From positions 1-58,989 of the IMG/VR virus record IMGVR_UViG_3300046777_001542: a DNA stretch of 58,989 nucleotides; one strand, 5' to 3'. Every line of letters starts with the position of its first letter. The first letter of the stretch is position 1. The translations under genes and the position numbers were made by a program. Below the pieces are notes generated by a model that was not told where the DNA came from, made no database searches, and worked only from the letters and a program-made list of their open reading frames with translations. This document shows positions 19,912 through 30,658 of this stretch, one piece after another. This DNA is from a virus. Taxonomy: Duplodnaviria > Caudoviricetes.

Positions 19912-20982
19912 TTAAGAAGCAACCTTAACGTTCTTTACAACAACCCAAGCGTCTGCCTGCTCGATTTGAACGCCAACACGAGTATACATTGTGTACTCGA
20001 TTGAGTCCTTACGTGGCCAGAAGAATCGGTAAACTGTAACGTCACGCTTGATACCAATAACTACGTTATTTGGGAATGTCAAGTGGATATCACCGTGTGA
20101 ACCTGATGCTCCTGAGTAAGAGCCTGTCTGAATTTCTGGAAGAAGTGGAACTTCAACGATTGGAATACCAAATGCGTATGGAGCTACATATCCTGCAGGA
20201 CCAGAAACTGGTGCAACCTCACCACGGATGATGCCTGAAGCAATGTCCTGTGGGTTAACGTTCTGGATATTCTGTGATGTTGAGTATAAGTAATCCTGGA
20301 TCAAGTTTGAACCTGATAGGAAGCGGAGGTCTGTACGACGCTGCTTGTACTTACGTGGAAGAGCCTTAAGAGCTGAGTTAAATACAGCACGGGAGATGTT
20401 TGCTCCTGCTGCATCAACAACGTGACCGTTAGCCTTTGCCTTCTTAACTACACCGTCAAATGACTTATAAAGTGCATCTGATGTCTTTGTGGTATCACCA
20501 TTAAGGAGCAAGTCCTCAATGTCGTTACCTGCCTGTGTTGCCATCATTCTGGCAATGTGATCTTCGAGATCAGCACCTTCAATGTTGTCTTCTAGAGACT
20601 CAGTTGAAAGCTCCCAATCTAAACGAAGTTTCTTTGTTGTTAGAGAGATCTTTGAGAATGTCACTGGTGAGTTCTCACCTGTGTTCTCTGCTTCAGTTGC
20701 AAGACGAACAAGCTTCTCACCGACTGACATGCGGTCAATCTCTGTTGTGTCAGACTTCATTCGGACCGTTCTTGCAACCTTACCAATTACGGTAGCGTCG
20801 AACATATAATCTAAAAATCTTGCTGACTGCTCTGGGTTAAGAACACCACCGTTGCCATTTTCTGATGCAACGTGATCTCCTGTACCACCTGTTGCAGATG
20901 CGAAAGTACCGTTGACGGCCTGTGGGCCACCAGCAATAGTTGTACCTTCAGCTGCTGCTTTTGCTAATAATTCATTACTCAT
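19912..20982 (-). CDS. Major capsid protein (HK97 fold)
   Basis: GGVLNPEQSARF, ELSTESLEDNIEG, DIEDLLLNGD; follows the protease gene; strongly biased codons. Confidence 0.92.
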   Translation of the reverse strand: MSNELLAKAAAEGTTIAGGPQAVNGTFASATGGTGDHVASENGNGGVLNPEQSARFLDYMFDATVIGKVARTVRMKSDTTEIDRMSVGEKLVRLATEAENTGENSPVTFSKISLTTKKLRLDWELSTESLEDNIEGADLEDHIARMMATQAGNDIEDLLLNGDTTKTSDALYKSFDGVVKKAKANGHVVDAAGANISRAVFNSALKALPRKYKQRRTDLRFLSGSNLIQDYLYSTSQNIQNVNPQDIASGIIRGEVAPVSGPAGYVAPYAFGIPIVEVPLLPEIQTGSYSGASGSHGDIHLTFPNNVVIGIKRDVTVYRFFWPRKDSIEYTMYTRVGVQIEQADAWVVVKNVKVAS

Positions 20983-20999
20983 TTATTTCACCTACCTTT

Positions 21000-22313
21000 T
21001 TAGTTAAAGATTTCATTTACGGAACCGAGGAAAGAACCGTTCCATTTTGATTTAGATTTTGTTACTACTTCAGACCCGCCAAGGTCAGAAGACTTCTTAA
21101 TTGCTGTTTCGCCTTCTACGGCATCTACACGCTTCTGGACGCCATCAATGGTGCCCTTTATTTCTGTTACTGCTGCGCTAAGTGCGCTGTGCTTCTCTGC
21201 TAACTCTGAAATTCTAACATCGACATTCTTGCTGAATGCTTCGACAGATTCTTTGATCTGTGAAACTTGTGCAGCATTTGCCTCCGTAGCCTTTGAAAGT
21301 GTGTCCGAGAAAAAGCCCTTTAGGTCGCCCAACATTTTTGCAAAATCAGGTGTATCAACCTCTGCTGTGGCTGCTTCTTCAACGGAGTCGGCAGGAGCGT
21401 CTACTACTGCAGCTTCTGCTACAGGAGCATCTTCTACAACAGTTTCTGCAACAGCTTCAACAGCTGGTGCTTCTTCTAGTACGTCTACAGATTTTTCAAT
21501 TACTGTCTCATTTTGTACGTCTGACACTTCATTACCTCCTTCTACGTTTGCCTGTTTTGCGATTTGAGTTTCAGGCAACGCTAATCTTGTCTTCTTGAAT
21601 GAAGCAAGAATCTTATCTATTTCTTTTGCTTTGTTTATATCTGATGACTCTACCCAGCCAATTAATGTTGCTGGCTTTCCAGATACTGGTGAGTCAAATG
21701 TTTTTTCTGTTGATATAAATACAGAATCACTTTCTTCACAATAAAAAATATTCTCAGCAACTACTTCTGTTGCTAAACCTTTGTAAACCATCTTGCCACC
21801 AACCTTTTCAATAGAAAAGATGTTGCATAGTTCGTTTGCTGGTGAGTCAACAATTGATAGCTCAATAAGATCATAGTCTTTAATAAATCTTACCTGTTCT
21901 CCTGTTGCTTTGTTAATCTCATTATCTGATTCATTAATTCTTCCGCCAATTGAAAAACCAGAAAGAGTGCCATCAAGAACTTTTTCCCAAGTATCCTGTG
22001 CACCCTTTGAAATATATGAAGTTACATAAACTCCATTGTAAAATGTTTGTGACTTTTGATCGTAGTATGTCTCTGGCTTAAAACCAATAACCTTGCCAAC
22101 TGCAATTGATTGATGCATCTCTCTAAGATTTCCACGGAAATTTTCAAATGCTTTCATGCTTGCTTCTGCAGTGACTACATCGCCTGTCTGGTCAATGTTG
22201 TCCAATGTAGCAAAACCAGAAACAGTTCTCTGTTCACGGTTTACTTTTGTAAATGGTACTGAGAGATGGAGTTTTTCTCCATCACTGGACCAATGAGACT
22301 TTTCGATAATCAT
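21000..22313 (-). CDS. Prohead protease with C-terminal scaffold region
   Basis: VSGFAT...D..GD, LREMH, LSGFSIGG, ELSIVDSPAN (HK97-type protease), then an acidic/coiled-coil tail. Likely start is ATG at 22313, 7 nt after TAAAAT. Confidence 0.9.
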   Translation of the reverse strand: MIIEKSHWSSDGEKLHLSVPFTKVNREQRTVSGFATLDNIDQTGDVVTAEASMKAFENFRGNLREMHQSIAVGKVIGFKPETYYDQKSQTFYNGVYVTSYISKGAQDTWEKVLDGTLSGFSIGGRINESDNEINKATGEQVRFIKDYDLIELSIVDSPANELCNIFSIEKVGGKMVYKGLATEVVAENIFYCEESDSVFISTEKTFDSPVSGKPATLIGWVESSDINKAKEIDKILASFKKTRLALPETQIAKQANVEGGNEVSDVQNETVIEKSVDVLEEAPAVEAVAETVVEDAPVAEAAVVDAPADSVEEAATAEVDTPDFAKMLGDLKGFFSDTLSKATEANAAQVSQIKESVEAFSKNVDVRISELAEKHSALSAAVTEIKGTIDGVQKRVDAVEGETAIKKSSDLGGSEVVTKSKSKWNGSFLGSVNEIFN

Positions 22314-22366
22314 ATGCTTAATTTTATATGTATCTATATCAAAAGGCAAATAGCAGTTGAGTAAAG

Positions 22367-23953
22367 TTATTTGACTTTTGGACCATCGCCTTTGGCATTT
22401 CTACCCTCCCCATTTTTATCTGGGGCATTCTTGGCACGTTCTTGGTCTCTAGTTTTATTACCAGTAGATTTAGCTCTCTGGTCTGCCTCTTGCTGTGGCT
22501 TTAATTCTATGACTTCGTCTCCTCCGTCTAGCGGGATCATACCCTTTCTAATTCTAACTTCGTTAGGGGTAAGCACCTGCATGCGTAGGTAAATTTCATC
22601 AATTTGGCTCTGTGAGATTTCGTCAGTAAGACTCAACTCGTTAAATTTAATTACTAGCGCATCTGTCTTTTCTTCAATAATTGCATTAATCTTTTTCTCA
22701 AGTTTCATTTGCGCTGGGCGACAGACCTGCTCTTTAAATGTCTTGTCTGCATCACGAGCAACAGCTAAATTAACTCCTGGAGGGGTACCAATTTTATTAA
22801 TTGGAACACGATGTGCCATTAATATTTCGTCTCTATTTGTTTCACGATATACATTAAATGAAGACTCTTGGGCTCCCGCCTCAATTGGTTCCATCTTAAA
22901 TTCAGTCTTAGAATCTGGTGTATCTGCTGGCAGTGGGATATATAGGGATCTATGATTCTTGCCCTTTAATCCAACCTGGAAGAACTCAAGTAATTTTCTT
23001 TCTGACTCTGGTGATAACTTTGCACCCTTGACTGTAATAATATATCTTGGTACCGCCTTGTTTTCAAAGTAGTCAAGATTGTATCTTCCTGAAAATTCAT
23101 TTCCAGTTAATGCCATCTGTGCAGCAATGATGTCTGGTATGCCATAGTAGTTATTCATTGGGGTGTACTTCTTTAAATGAATAATTTCGTTTGGTCTATC
23201 TTCTGCACCTGCTATTGGGTTTGGAGTTTCTGTATCTCCAAAGTTTCTAAAGAACACCGCCTTGCCATATAGCAATTGCATAAAGCCATCACGCAGTCTA
23301 CGAACACGCATTGTTTTTGACGGGATATGACCAATGTAACCAATATTTCCAGCTGTGGTTCTTCCAATTTCAATATAGCCATTACCAGTTGCCTCTAGGT
23401 CTGTATACACCTTAATTAAAGTCTCTGTAAATGTGTCTTCATCGTTAGTAGAATCAAGCCAGTCTTGTAGATCTTGCTTTAGTTTATTTATCTTTCTTCT
23501 TGCTCTTTCAAGCTGTTTCTCATCTGTAATCTCATCAATGGCGTCATTAGTTTTTCTTGTCTCCATAAAATTGTAGCCAAGACCAACAATGTTTGCAACC
23601 TTAGCATTAACTGCTGCGTAGTTGTATGTTGATATCTCATATACCTGTGATAAGTATTCTAAATTATATTGTGGCTGAATTAAGTCAAACATAGCATATC
23701 CGCTAATTGCTTGAGCCATTAAGTTCTGTTGTGTAGCCGCCCCATCTTGACCAGTAAACGATTTAGAAAAATCTCTATTTATTTTTCTTTTAAAGTTAGT
23801 GCCAAGACCTCTTACCTTTTTTAAGTCATCAATGCCTATTGCAAATGGATCAAAATGCTCTTTTTCTTTTTTAAATGAAAACCAATCAGCAGTATTTGAT
23901 ATATTAATTGTTGAAGAGTTATCGTCGCCATCTTCAATAAATTGTGCTGTCAT
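22367..23953 (-). CDS. Portal protein
   Basis: ATGNGYIEI, EIIHLK...YYGIPD, YFENKAVP, ILMAHRVP, LTPNEVR. Confidence 0.92.
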   Translation of the reverse strand: MTAQFIEDGDDNSSTINISNTADWFSFKKEKEHFDPFAIGIDDLKKVRGLGTNFKRKINRDFSKSFTGQDGAATQQNLMAQAISGYAMFDLIQPQYNLEYLSQVYEISTYNYAAVNAKVANIVGLGYNFMETRKTNDAIDEITDEKQLERARRKINKLKQDLQDWLDSTNDEDTFTETLIKVYTDLEATGNGYIEIGRTTAGNIGYIGHIPSKTMRVRRLRDGFMQLLYGKAVFFRNFGDTETPNPIAGAEDRPNEIIHLKKYTPMNNYYGIPDIIAAQMALTGNEFSGRYNLDYFENKAVPRYIITVKGAKLSPESERKLLEFFQVGLKGKNHRSLYIPLPADTPDSKTEFKMEPIEAGAQESSFNVYRETNRDEILMAHRVPINKIGTPPGVNLAVARDADKTFKEQVCRPAQMKLEKKINAIIEEKTDALVIKFNELSLTDEISQSQIDEIYLRMQVLTPNEVRIRKGMIPLDGGDEVIELKPQQEADQRAKSTGNKTRDQERAKNAPDKNGEGRNAKGDGPKVK

Positions 23954-24288
23954 TGTACTTTACCATTCCTTAAGGCACCATCTTTGTAGTTACCAATGTC
24001 TAGTGGATCTGGAACAAGACCCCACTGAAGTCTTTGTGACTGATGTTCAAATTCTTCATCATCAATTTTTCTGCGTCCTGCTAAAAACTTAGGCTGACCT
24101 ACGTCAATACCATATGAACGGACTTCTCTTGCAAGCTGGTCCATCTTTGATTTGTTGCCTTTCATTGATGTGACTGAAAGGAAGTTTCCATCGTCGTCAC
24201 CAATCCATCGTCCGTCTGGCATTTCCCATACATATATGCCAAGGCGTGTTTCTTCTACAATTGATGATTTTTGATTTAAGATGTCCAT
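23950..24288 (-). CDS. Conserved phage protein upstream of portal
   Basis: GIYVWEMPDGRWIGDDDGNFL; likely start ATG at 24288 after TGGTAAAAT. Confidence 0.6.
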   Translation of the reverse strand: MDILNQKSSIVEETRLGIYVWEMPDGRWIGDDDGNFLSVTSMKGNKSKMDQLAREVRSYGIDVGQPKFLAGRRKIDDEEFEHQSQRLQWGLVPDPLDIGNYKDGALRNGKVQ

Positions 24289-24350
24289 AGTAATTAATTT
24301 TACCATTACTTGATGCCAAAGTCCAGATTTTGTCAAGTCTTTGTACAAAA

Positions 24351-26165
24351 TTATGAACTCTGGAGAACTATCCAGTCATTATCGTAGTACTCGACAGAAC
24401 TTTCGGTCATGCCGATGCCAGAATCATAGACCATGGCGGTATCTCTGCCTATATATAATGAATAATTATATAAGCATTCAGAAACATTAAACTGCTTTTC
24501 GTACAAGGTTATATTTTGATATATAGCGCTAGGTCCAGCACCATTAAATTCTATATCTCCAGATATTGGTGTCTTTAGCACAATAAGTATATGGTACATT
24601 TGGCCAGGCTCAAATATAGTAGATATGTTGGCATCAAATATCTTGTTTACACCATTCACATAGAATCTAAGAATATTGCTTCCTACTGTAAGCTGGCCTG
24701 TCTCATCCCATGAGACACCATCTATTATGGCGCCAGATGCAATCTCATTTGGAGTATAAAATGTTTCCACTGTATTTATCTGGCTAGAAGTATTTATAAA
24801 AAACCCTGATCCAGATTCAACCCTGACTCCGCTTCTTGAGTCTCTGTTTATTAGCGGGTATCGCCTGTTGCTTATTCCAATGTTATAGTCTCCTGGGTAA
24901 AGGTAGTCTTGTGAGTTGCTTGAATACTCTTTATTATCAGCATACATTTTTATTATTAGATACTCTAAGCATGGGATATATTTAGATGTGTCTGTAGATG
25001 TAAATACTATTTTTATGTATAGTTTTTTAGATTCGCTAAAATTAAGTTTTGTATATTGTGGTATTACAGAGTTGTTTTCACACTCTTCAAACACTATTCC
25101 ATCTGTACTTGAAAATACTGTTATTCCGTTATCTCCTGCCCACTCTATCTTTGAAGATGTAGGACTCAGTGAGTATGGCATGTAAATCATATCTACTACT
25201 TCTACAGTAGACTCTGCTGCTGTGTCTGTTTTTGATATTGATAATGTTTTTTTAGTTGTATTATGATCAAGTCCATCAACAGATATGTCCGCCCAGTCTT
25301 TATCTGCTGGGTATCTAAAAACAAAATCCGTCATGTAGTTGCTATCGTTAATTTCAAATGCTCTACCTTTGGCTGGACCATAGACATCTAGTGGTCTGAT
25401 TGAGGTTGCATTTATATAATGAGTTTTTATTTTAAGGTCATTAAGTGCATATCTATATATAGCTAAGCCGTTAACTAAAAAGTAGTTCCCCTCATTTTGT
25501 GTTGGGCCACATAGTAGAGATAGATTTGAATTTATAAACTGAAATCCACTAATACTTATGGAAGAAACCATTTCTCCATCTATATAAAGCATTGCGGAAT
25601 CCTTATTATAAACTGCAGCTACATAGTAAGACTTTCTTTTATATGGTAGAGTATATTCTATTTTGTATGAATTTAACTTAAAAACAATATTTCCATTGTC
25701 GTAAAAAAGACCAACGCTATTAGAAAGATCTCCAATAATAGGGATCATGATTGTTTCTTCTGAATCAATGACTGGGTATATGAATAGCTCAAGCGAGAAT
25801 GTGTTGTCAGAGAATCCAGATTTTCCAAACCCGCCTTTTACAATTTCTCCGTTGTAACCTCTTGCATTATTTATATTTATAGAAGCAACATTGTCTATTT
25901 TTAATGCGTATGGATCTCCGTATATAAGAGGGAATATGTCAGACTTAACCTCTCCTGAATAGAATCCATTATTCTGACACCCAGATATATCTACAACTGC
26001 ATTTCCAGAATCTAAAGAATAGTCTGTAAATGCTGCTTGAAATTCTTGGTATGTCTCGTAGTCATTAAGCAAATCTTGATAAGAAGGTACACTAAATGCT
26101 TCTGTTATTGCCCCGCTATAATATACTATTGGGTTGTCTGCTAAGACAGAGTATTTATATGACAT
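24351..26165 (-). CDS. LamG/concanavalin A-like domain virion protein
   Basis: YKYSVLADNPIVYY, YYVAAVY...LYIDG, LAIYRYAL...IKTHY. Confidence 0.7.
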   Translation of the reverse strand: MSYKYSVLADNPIVYYSGAITEAFSVPSYQDLLNDYETYQEFQAAFTDYSLDSGNAVVDISGCQNNGFYSGEVKSDIFPLIYGDPYALKIDNVASININNARGYNGEIVKGGFGKSGFSDNTFSLELFIYPVIDSEETIMIPIIGDLSNSVGLFYDNGNIVFKLNSYKIEYTLPYKRKSYYVAAVYNKDSAMLYIDGEMVSSISISGFQFINSNLSLLCGPTQNEGNYFLVNGLAIYRYALNDLKIKTHYINATSIRPLDVYGPAKGRAFEINDSNYMTDFVFRYPADKDWADISVDGLDHNTTKKTLSISKTDTAAESTVEVVDMIYMPYSLSPTSSKIEWAGDNGITVFSSTDGIVFEECENNSVIPQYTKLNFSESKKLYIKIVFTSTDTSKYIPCLEYLIIKMYADNKEYSSNSQDYLYPGDYNIGISNRRYPLINRDSRSGVRVESGSGFFINTSSQINTVETFYTPNEIASGAIIDGVSWDETGQLTVGSNILRFYVNGVNKIFDANISTIFEPGQMYHILIVLKTPISGDIEFNGAGPSAIYQNITLYEKQFNVSECLYNYSLYIGRDTAMVYDSGIGMTESSVEYYDNDWIVLQSS

Positions 26166-26167
26166 AA

Positions 26168-27148
26168 TTACCCCTGTTCTAGTTGTGCAACTCTTGTAGA
26201 TAATTCCTGTACGGCTTTTATAAGTGGAGCAATAAACTGCTCATATCTTAATGCTTGGCTTTCATCTTCTTTAAGAATCCATCCGCCAAAGTCTTCTACT
26301 CCAGATCCATCAACTGCTGCTTTAACTTCTTGAGCAATTAAACCATAATGTGTTCTTACACCAGCAACTGGTGTCTCAATCTGGTTTCCTTCTGGGTCAA
26401 ATGTTGTAACCGTGTCGCCAACAATATACTTATACTTTACTGGATTTAATGAGTTAATAAAGTTTAGTCCAAGATCAGATGCCTCTATGTTTGTTTTTAA
26501 ATTTAAATCAGAAGGAGTAATTAGTGATGCTGCATATACTGATCCCTGAAAGAACCCTCTCTTCCAGTTTTTTGCTGAAAATATTCCAGACAAAGAATCT
26601 ACTTCTTGGCCAATATCAAATAAGTTATTTGAAGATGGATACCAGTTTGAGTTAACTCCGTATGCAGAGGAAACTGCAAGATTTAAACTAATTCTATTAT
26701 CTAAAGGATCAATGTTTGCATTTTGTCCTGCTGGACCTTGTGGACCTGTAGCTCCAGTTGCTCCGTCTGCACCTCTTGGAATCGTAAAATTTAATTGTAC
26801 ATCAGAGCTTGTACCAGAGTTTGTTACAGATGCATTTGTTCCAGCTGCGCCAGTTGTTGTTGATTGAACTGTTACTGTTGCAGCAGCGTCACCTTTGTCG
26901 CCTTTTGGACCTGCTGGCCCCTGTATGCCCTGCTCACCTTGTGGGCCAGTTGCTCCAGTCAATCCCTGTGGACCTTCTGGGCCCTGGGCTCCTGTGGCTC
27001 CTGTGGGTCCTGCAGGCCCTACAGGGCCTGGGTGTGCGTCTAAGTACTGGTCAATGTCAAAAGCAAGCTGAGAGATATCCCTAGGTACGTCAGGGGTATC
27101 TGTATAGTCTGGATAACTAAAGCCTTTGTCATTTGGTACTGTTGCCAT
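26168..27148 (-). CDS. Collagen-like fibre protein with C-terminal intramolecular chaperone (peptidase S74-like)
   Basis: Gly-X-Y repeats ([22 protein letters not shown]...); SDLNLKTNI...L.PVKYKY...GLIAQEV...[15 protein letters not shown]. Confidence 0.85.
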   Translation of the reverse strand: MATVPNDKGFSYPDYTDTPDVPRDISQLAFDIDQYLDAHPGPVGPAGPTGATGAQGPEGPQGLTGATGPQGEQGIQGPAGPKGDKGDAAATVTVQSTTTGAAGTNASVTNSGTSSDVQLNFTIPRGADGATGATGPQGPAGQNANIDPLDNRISLNLAVSSAYGVNSNWYPSSNNLFDIGQEVDSLSGIFSAKNWKRGFFQGSVYAASLITPSDLNLKTNIEASDLGLNFINSLNPVKYKYIVGDTVTTFDPEGNQIETPVAGVRTHYGLIAQEVKAAVDGSGVEDFGGWILKEDESQALRYEQFIAPLIKAVQELSTRVAQLEQG

Positions 27149-27169
27149 TTTTTAATTATACCACCTAAA

Positions 27170-27778
27170 TTACCAAAGCCAAAACCCTGGTGCCATGTAT
27201 TTATTTCCAGACTTAAGCTCATTTGATCCATGAAGATATGGCTCTGAAGATGGGAATATTGCTATACTACCAGCTTGTGGCTTTATAACTACATTTTGAT
27301 TACTAAACGAAAGCTCTCCACCTTCATAATTATCGTTAAGATATGCAACTATAGAATATCTAAGCTTAGTATTCCCATCATACTGATCTGCATGTTGACC
27401 AAGTGTCTGGCCAGGGTTATATTTTTTAATTCCAAACTCTTTATCTAAGTTTACATCTCCATCAACATTATTGTATAGCTTATACTGTGTAGCACAAAAA
27501 TGCATACTAGACCTAATGCTGTTTATTATGTATAGCTCTCTTGCACTTGGTAGCGCTCCTGCTTTTTCATAATCAGCAGTTATATATTTTTCTAAACCAT
27601 AAATATCTTCTGGTCTATTGCTGGCCTTCCACAGTCTCCATTTTGATATAAGATTTGTATTTATTGATTCATCATCTTCTGTTTCTTCAATAAATTTTAC
27701 TAGCTTCTCTGGCTCAGATATTGCATTTGTAAAATAAAATATATTAGGAGCTAGTTCTTGAAAATTATACATTGCCAT
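27170..27778 (-). CDS. 2OG-Fe(II) oxygenase, prolyl-4-hydroxylase-like (7th in operon)
   Basis: HAD...YLNDNYEGGEL...IFPS...HGS...GNKY. Confidence 0.9.
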   Translation of the reverse strand: MAMYNFQELAPNIFYFTNAISEPEKLVKFIEETEDDESINTNLISKWRLWKASNRPEDIYGLEKYITADYEKAGALPSARELYIINSIRSSMHFCATQYKLYNNVDGDVNLDKEFGIKKYNPGQTLGQHADQYDGNTKLRYSIVAYLNDNYEGGELSFSNQNVVIKPQAGSIAIFPSSEPYLHGSNELKSGNKYMAPGFWLW

Positions 27779-28472
27779 GATTATCCTTATTCATCCAAAA
27801 CCCAGGTACCATATACTTATGACCACTCTTTACTAGATGGGCTGTGTGATTATAAGGTGAGGATGAAGGGAATATTAATACGCTTCCAGCCTCTGGCTTT
27901 AAATAGAAAGTTACTCTATCTGTGTCTTTGCTTAATTCTAAATCTTGATGTGGTTTATCGATAGAATCCATTATACCGTCTTTAATTGTAAATGATATTT
28001 CTCCGCCTTCATAGTCATCGTTTAAATACATTACTAAAGAATACTTTAGTCTTGTATCTCCTTCTTGTTGATCATAATGACCACCCATTGTGGTTCCAGC
28101 TGAATATCTGTTTATACCTATTGATGTCTGTAATAAAACATCGTCTTCTATTCCTTTTTCTTTTGCATAGTCTTTACATACTGACTGTAATCCATTTAGT
28201 ATTGTTTCTATAATTGTCTTAGCTTTTTCATATTGGTCTGGAGAGGCATTTTTTAATTCTTCTAAAGAGTCCAATGCTAGATTCTTTTTATTTCCATAAA
28301 CATACATTAATCCGCTGCAAGCAGACCACTCATCCCACTTTGGAACAACTTTAACTATTGGGTCGTTATCGTCATAATCCTCAGTAGAATTTATAAGGTC
28401 AATAAATTCTTTTGGATTTTCTATTACATTCTTGTAATAGTATACATTTTCTTCTAGTTTTTCTCTATTCAT
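27765..28472 (-). CDS. 2OG-Fe(II) oxygenase, prolyl-4-hydroxylase-like (6th)
   Basis: HYD...YLNDDYEGGEI...IFPS...HTA...GHKY. Confidence 0.9.
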   Translation of the reverse strand: MNREKLEENVYYYKNVIENPKEFIDLINSTEDYDDNDPIVKVVPKWDEWSACSGLMYVYGNKKNLALDSLEELKNASPDQYEKAKTIIETILNGLQSVCKDYAKEKGIEDDVLLQTSIGINRYSAGTTMGGHYDQQEGDTRLKYSLVMYLNDDYEGGEISFTIKDGIMDSIDKPHQDLELSKDTDRVTFYLKPEAGSVLIFPSSSPYNHTAHLVKSGHKYMVPGFWMNKDNHGNV

Positions 28473-28481
28473 TATCTCTCC

Positions 28482-29078
28482 TTAGTGAACTATAGTTCCA
28501 TTTTGCCAAAAATGAGGTATAAATATTTTTCTCCCAGACTTTAATGCTAATGAACCGTGATAGTATGGTTCTTTTGAAGGGAACAATATTATGCTACCTG
28601 CTTTTGGCTTTATTTTAACGTCTTGCTTTCCAAAATAAATTTCTCCGCCTTCATAGTCATCGTTTAAATAAACTACAAAAGAATATTCTAATGTATTTTG
28701 ATCTTCGTTCCAATCTGTATGCTGGCCCATCTCTTCATTTTCACGATACTTATTTAAAACAAAAATTTTGCCTATGTTGATTTTATCTTCAATGCTATAT
28801 ATTTCAGCATATTTTTCGGCACATGCATACATAGCATCTATAATTTCCATAATAATTTCTTCTGACTCTGGGTCTATTGGATTATTTTTATCTTCTTTTA
28901 CTCCAACAAACTTTCTTTCTCCGTAAACATATTTTTGTTCAGAGTTTGCTTCCCATGGCAGCCATGCTGATATAAATGAATTATCCACGCTGTCTATCTT
29001 AGAAAGCCATTCTTTTGGATTCTGAATAGCATCTTCAAAGTAAACTATTTTGTCGTATACTATTTCATGCTTCATCAT
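28482..29078 (-). CDS. 2OG-Fe(II) oxygenase, prolyl-4-hydroxylase-like (5th)
   Basis: HTD...YLNDDYEGGEI...LFPS...HGS...GRKI. Confidence 0.9.
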   Translation of the reverse strand: MMKHEIVYDKIVYFEDAIQNPKEWLSKIDSVDNSFISAWLPWEANSEQKYVYGERKFVGVKEDKNNPIDPESEEIIMEIIDAMYACAEKYAEIYSIEDKINIGKIFVLNKYRENEEMGQHTDWNEDQNTLEYSFVVYLNDDYEGGEIYFGKQDVKIKPKAGSIILFPSKEPYYHGSLALKSGRKIFIPHFWQNGTIVH

Positions 29079-29823
29079 TCATATATTCTTTTGCTGGTTT
29101 ACTTGAAACTCCTGGACCAGGCAAAAGCCTTTCTCCTCTTTCTCTCATTTTTGCCCACTCTTCTGCATCTTTTGCCTGCTGGACTCTTGCTTCAGAAATT
29201 TCTGTTTCCCATCTTGCTCTAGTTTCATCTGAGTACTCGACTTCTTCAAAATCCCAAAACGAACCAATTGTGTATCTAGTTCCTTTTTCTATAACAAGAA
29301 CTTCGTGTATATTATGGTGTCCTCCTTCAAAGGCTGCTAGCAGGCCTTTTCTAGGTTTAATTCTTATATCATGATCTCTAAAGTTTAATTCTCCACCTTC
29401 AAAATCATCATTTAAATAAAGGAAGGTTGCCATCTTACTTCTTTCAAAAGCATTGTAGTCTGGAGTATCCAGTGGGCTATTGTCTGAGTGGAATCCAGCA
29501 AATGCGCCTTCAATCCACTTTTGTGCATGGTAGCTAACCTTTCTAACTGGCTTGCCTCTGGTATCTGCTGTTGCTTCCTGTATTCCCTTTTCTAACTCTG
29601 CAAAAAAGTTTTCTGGTAGTCCAAATTCAAGCATGTCGCTATCTTCTGGGAGGTTTGATGAAAATGACTCATAAAAAGAAATGGGTCCCCAAGACAGTGT
29701 ACCTTTTTCTGTTGAGTGCTCCCAATACTTTAATATTGCGTCACAATGTTCTGGTGATATAAAATTTTCATATATAACTATATCATTTTTTAAAACTTTT
29801 TTACCATCAAGATTATACATCAT
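29065..29823 (-). CDS. 2OG-Fe(II) oxygenase, prolyl-4-hydroxylase-like (4th)
   Basis: HSD...YLNDDFEGGEL...HEV...GTRY. Confidence 0.9.
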   Translation of the reverse strand: MMYNLDGKKVLKNDIVIYENFISPEHCDAILKYWEHSTEKGTLSWGPISFYESFSSNLPEDSDMLEFGLPENFFAELEKGIQEATADTRGKPVRKVSYHAQKWIEGAFAGFHSDNSPLDTPDYNAFERSKMATFLYLNDDFEGGELNFRDHDIRIKPRKGLLAAFEGGHHNIHEVLVIEKGTRYTIGSFWDFEEVEYSDETRARWETEISEARVQQAKDAEEWAKMRERGERLLPGPGVSSKPAKEYMNDEA

Positions 29824-30658
29824 TTAGTCTTCTCGCTTTCGATACTGTTTCTCTAGTTATCTGTTGATAAACTCCATTTGCTCTGTCCCGCTTCCATCTT
29901 TCTCTTTCCATCTGTGCCCATATTTCTTCTCCATAAAGTTGCTGATTTTTGATCCATTCTTCAGTACCCTCATTAAATCTGAGCATATTATTTCTTATAA
30001 AGTATTTTGGCGAACCAATAATTTTTCTAACTCCGTGATGATATAGCTCATCCCCTTCTGTTAAAAATCCAGGATCTCCCGCTGGGAAAACAATTACGTC
30101 TCCAGCTTTTGGCTTGTAATAAAATAATTTATCGTTTATATAAAAATCAATTCCGCCACCTTCGTAATCATCATTAAGATACATTGTTACAGTTACAGAA
30201 AAATTATATCCTCTAGCATCTTTTTTTTCTACTTGGTAGTCTGTATGGTAATGCATTGCAAGGTCTAATGCTACTTCAGTCTCTGGGTTATACTTACATA
30301 TTGAAGGCCCCATTTTTTGCCATTTATTTTTTGTTTTACCGTCAACTGTATCTACAAATGTATCAAATGAATATTCAACATTATGTTTTTCAAAATAATG
30401 ATCAACTACTGTAAAAAATACTCTTTCTATTTCTTCTAGGGCTTCTTTTTCTTTTATAACTCTTGGAGTATCTTCGGCATCACGAATAAAGTTGTCTGCC
30501 TCTAAACCAAATGTATACCAATCCTCCCAAGGAAAGATCATTGATCCTTCAGGATTTTTTTCTGACTCTACTATTACATTTAGAAAAGAGTCTAGGTCTT
30601 TAAATATATTGCTATATACAAAAACTTTTGGATAAACTTCTCTATATTCTATTTCCAT
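29813..30658 (-). CDS. 2OG-Fe(II) oxygenase, prolyl-4-hydroxylase-like (3rd)
   Basis: HTD...YLNDDYEGGGI...HGV...PKY. Confidence 0.9.
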   Translation of the reverse strand: MEIEYREVYPKVFVYSNIFKDLDSFLNVIVESEKNPEGSMIFPWEDWYTFGLEADNFIRDAEDTPRVIKEKEALEEIERVFFTVVDHYFEKHNVEYSFDTFVDTVDGKTKNKWQKMGPSICKYNPETEVALDLAMHYHTDYQVEKKDARGYNFSVTVTMYLNDDYEGGGIDFYINDKLFYYKPKAGDVIVFPAGDPGFLTEGDELYHHGVRKIIGSPKYFIRNNMLRFNEGTEEWIKNQQLYGEEIWAQMERERWKRDRANGVYQQITRETVSKARRLNDV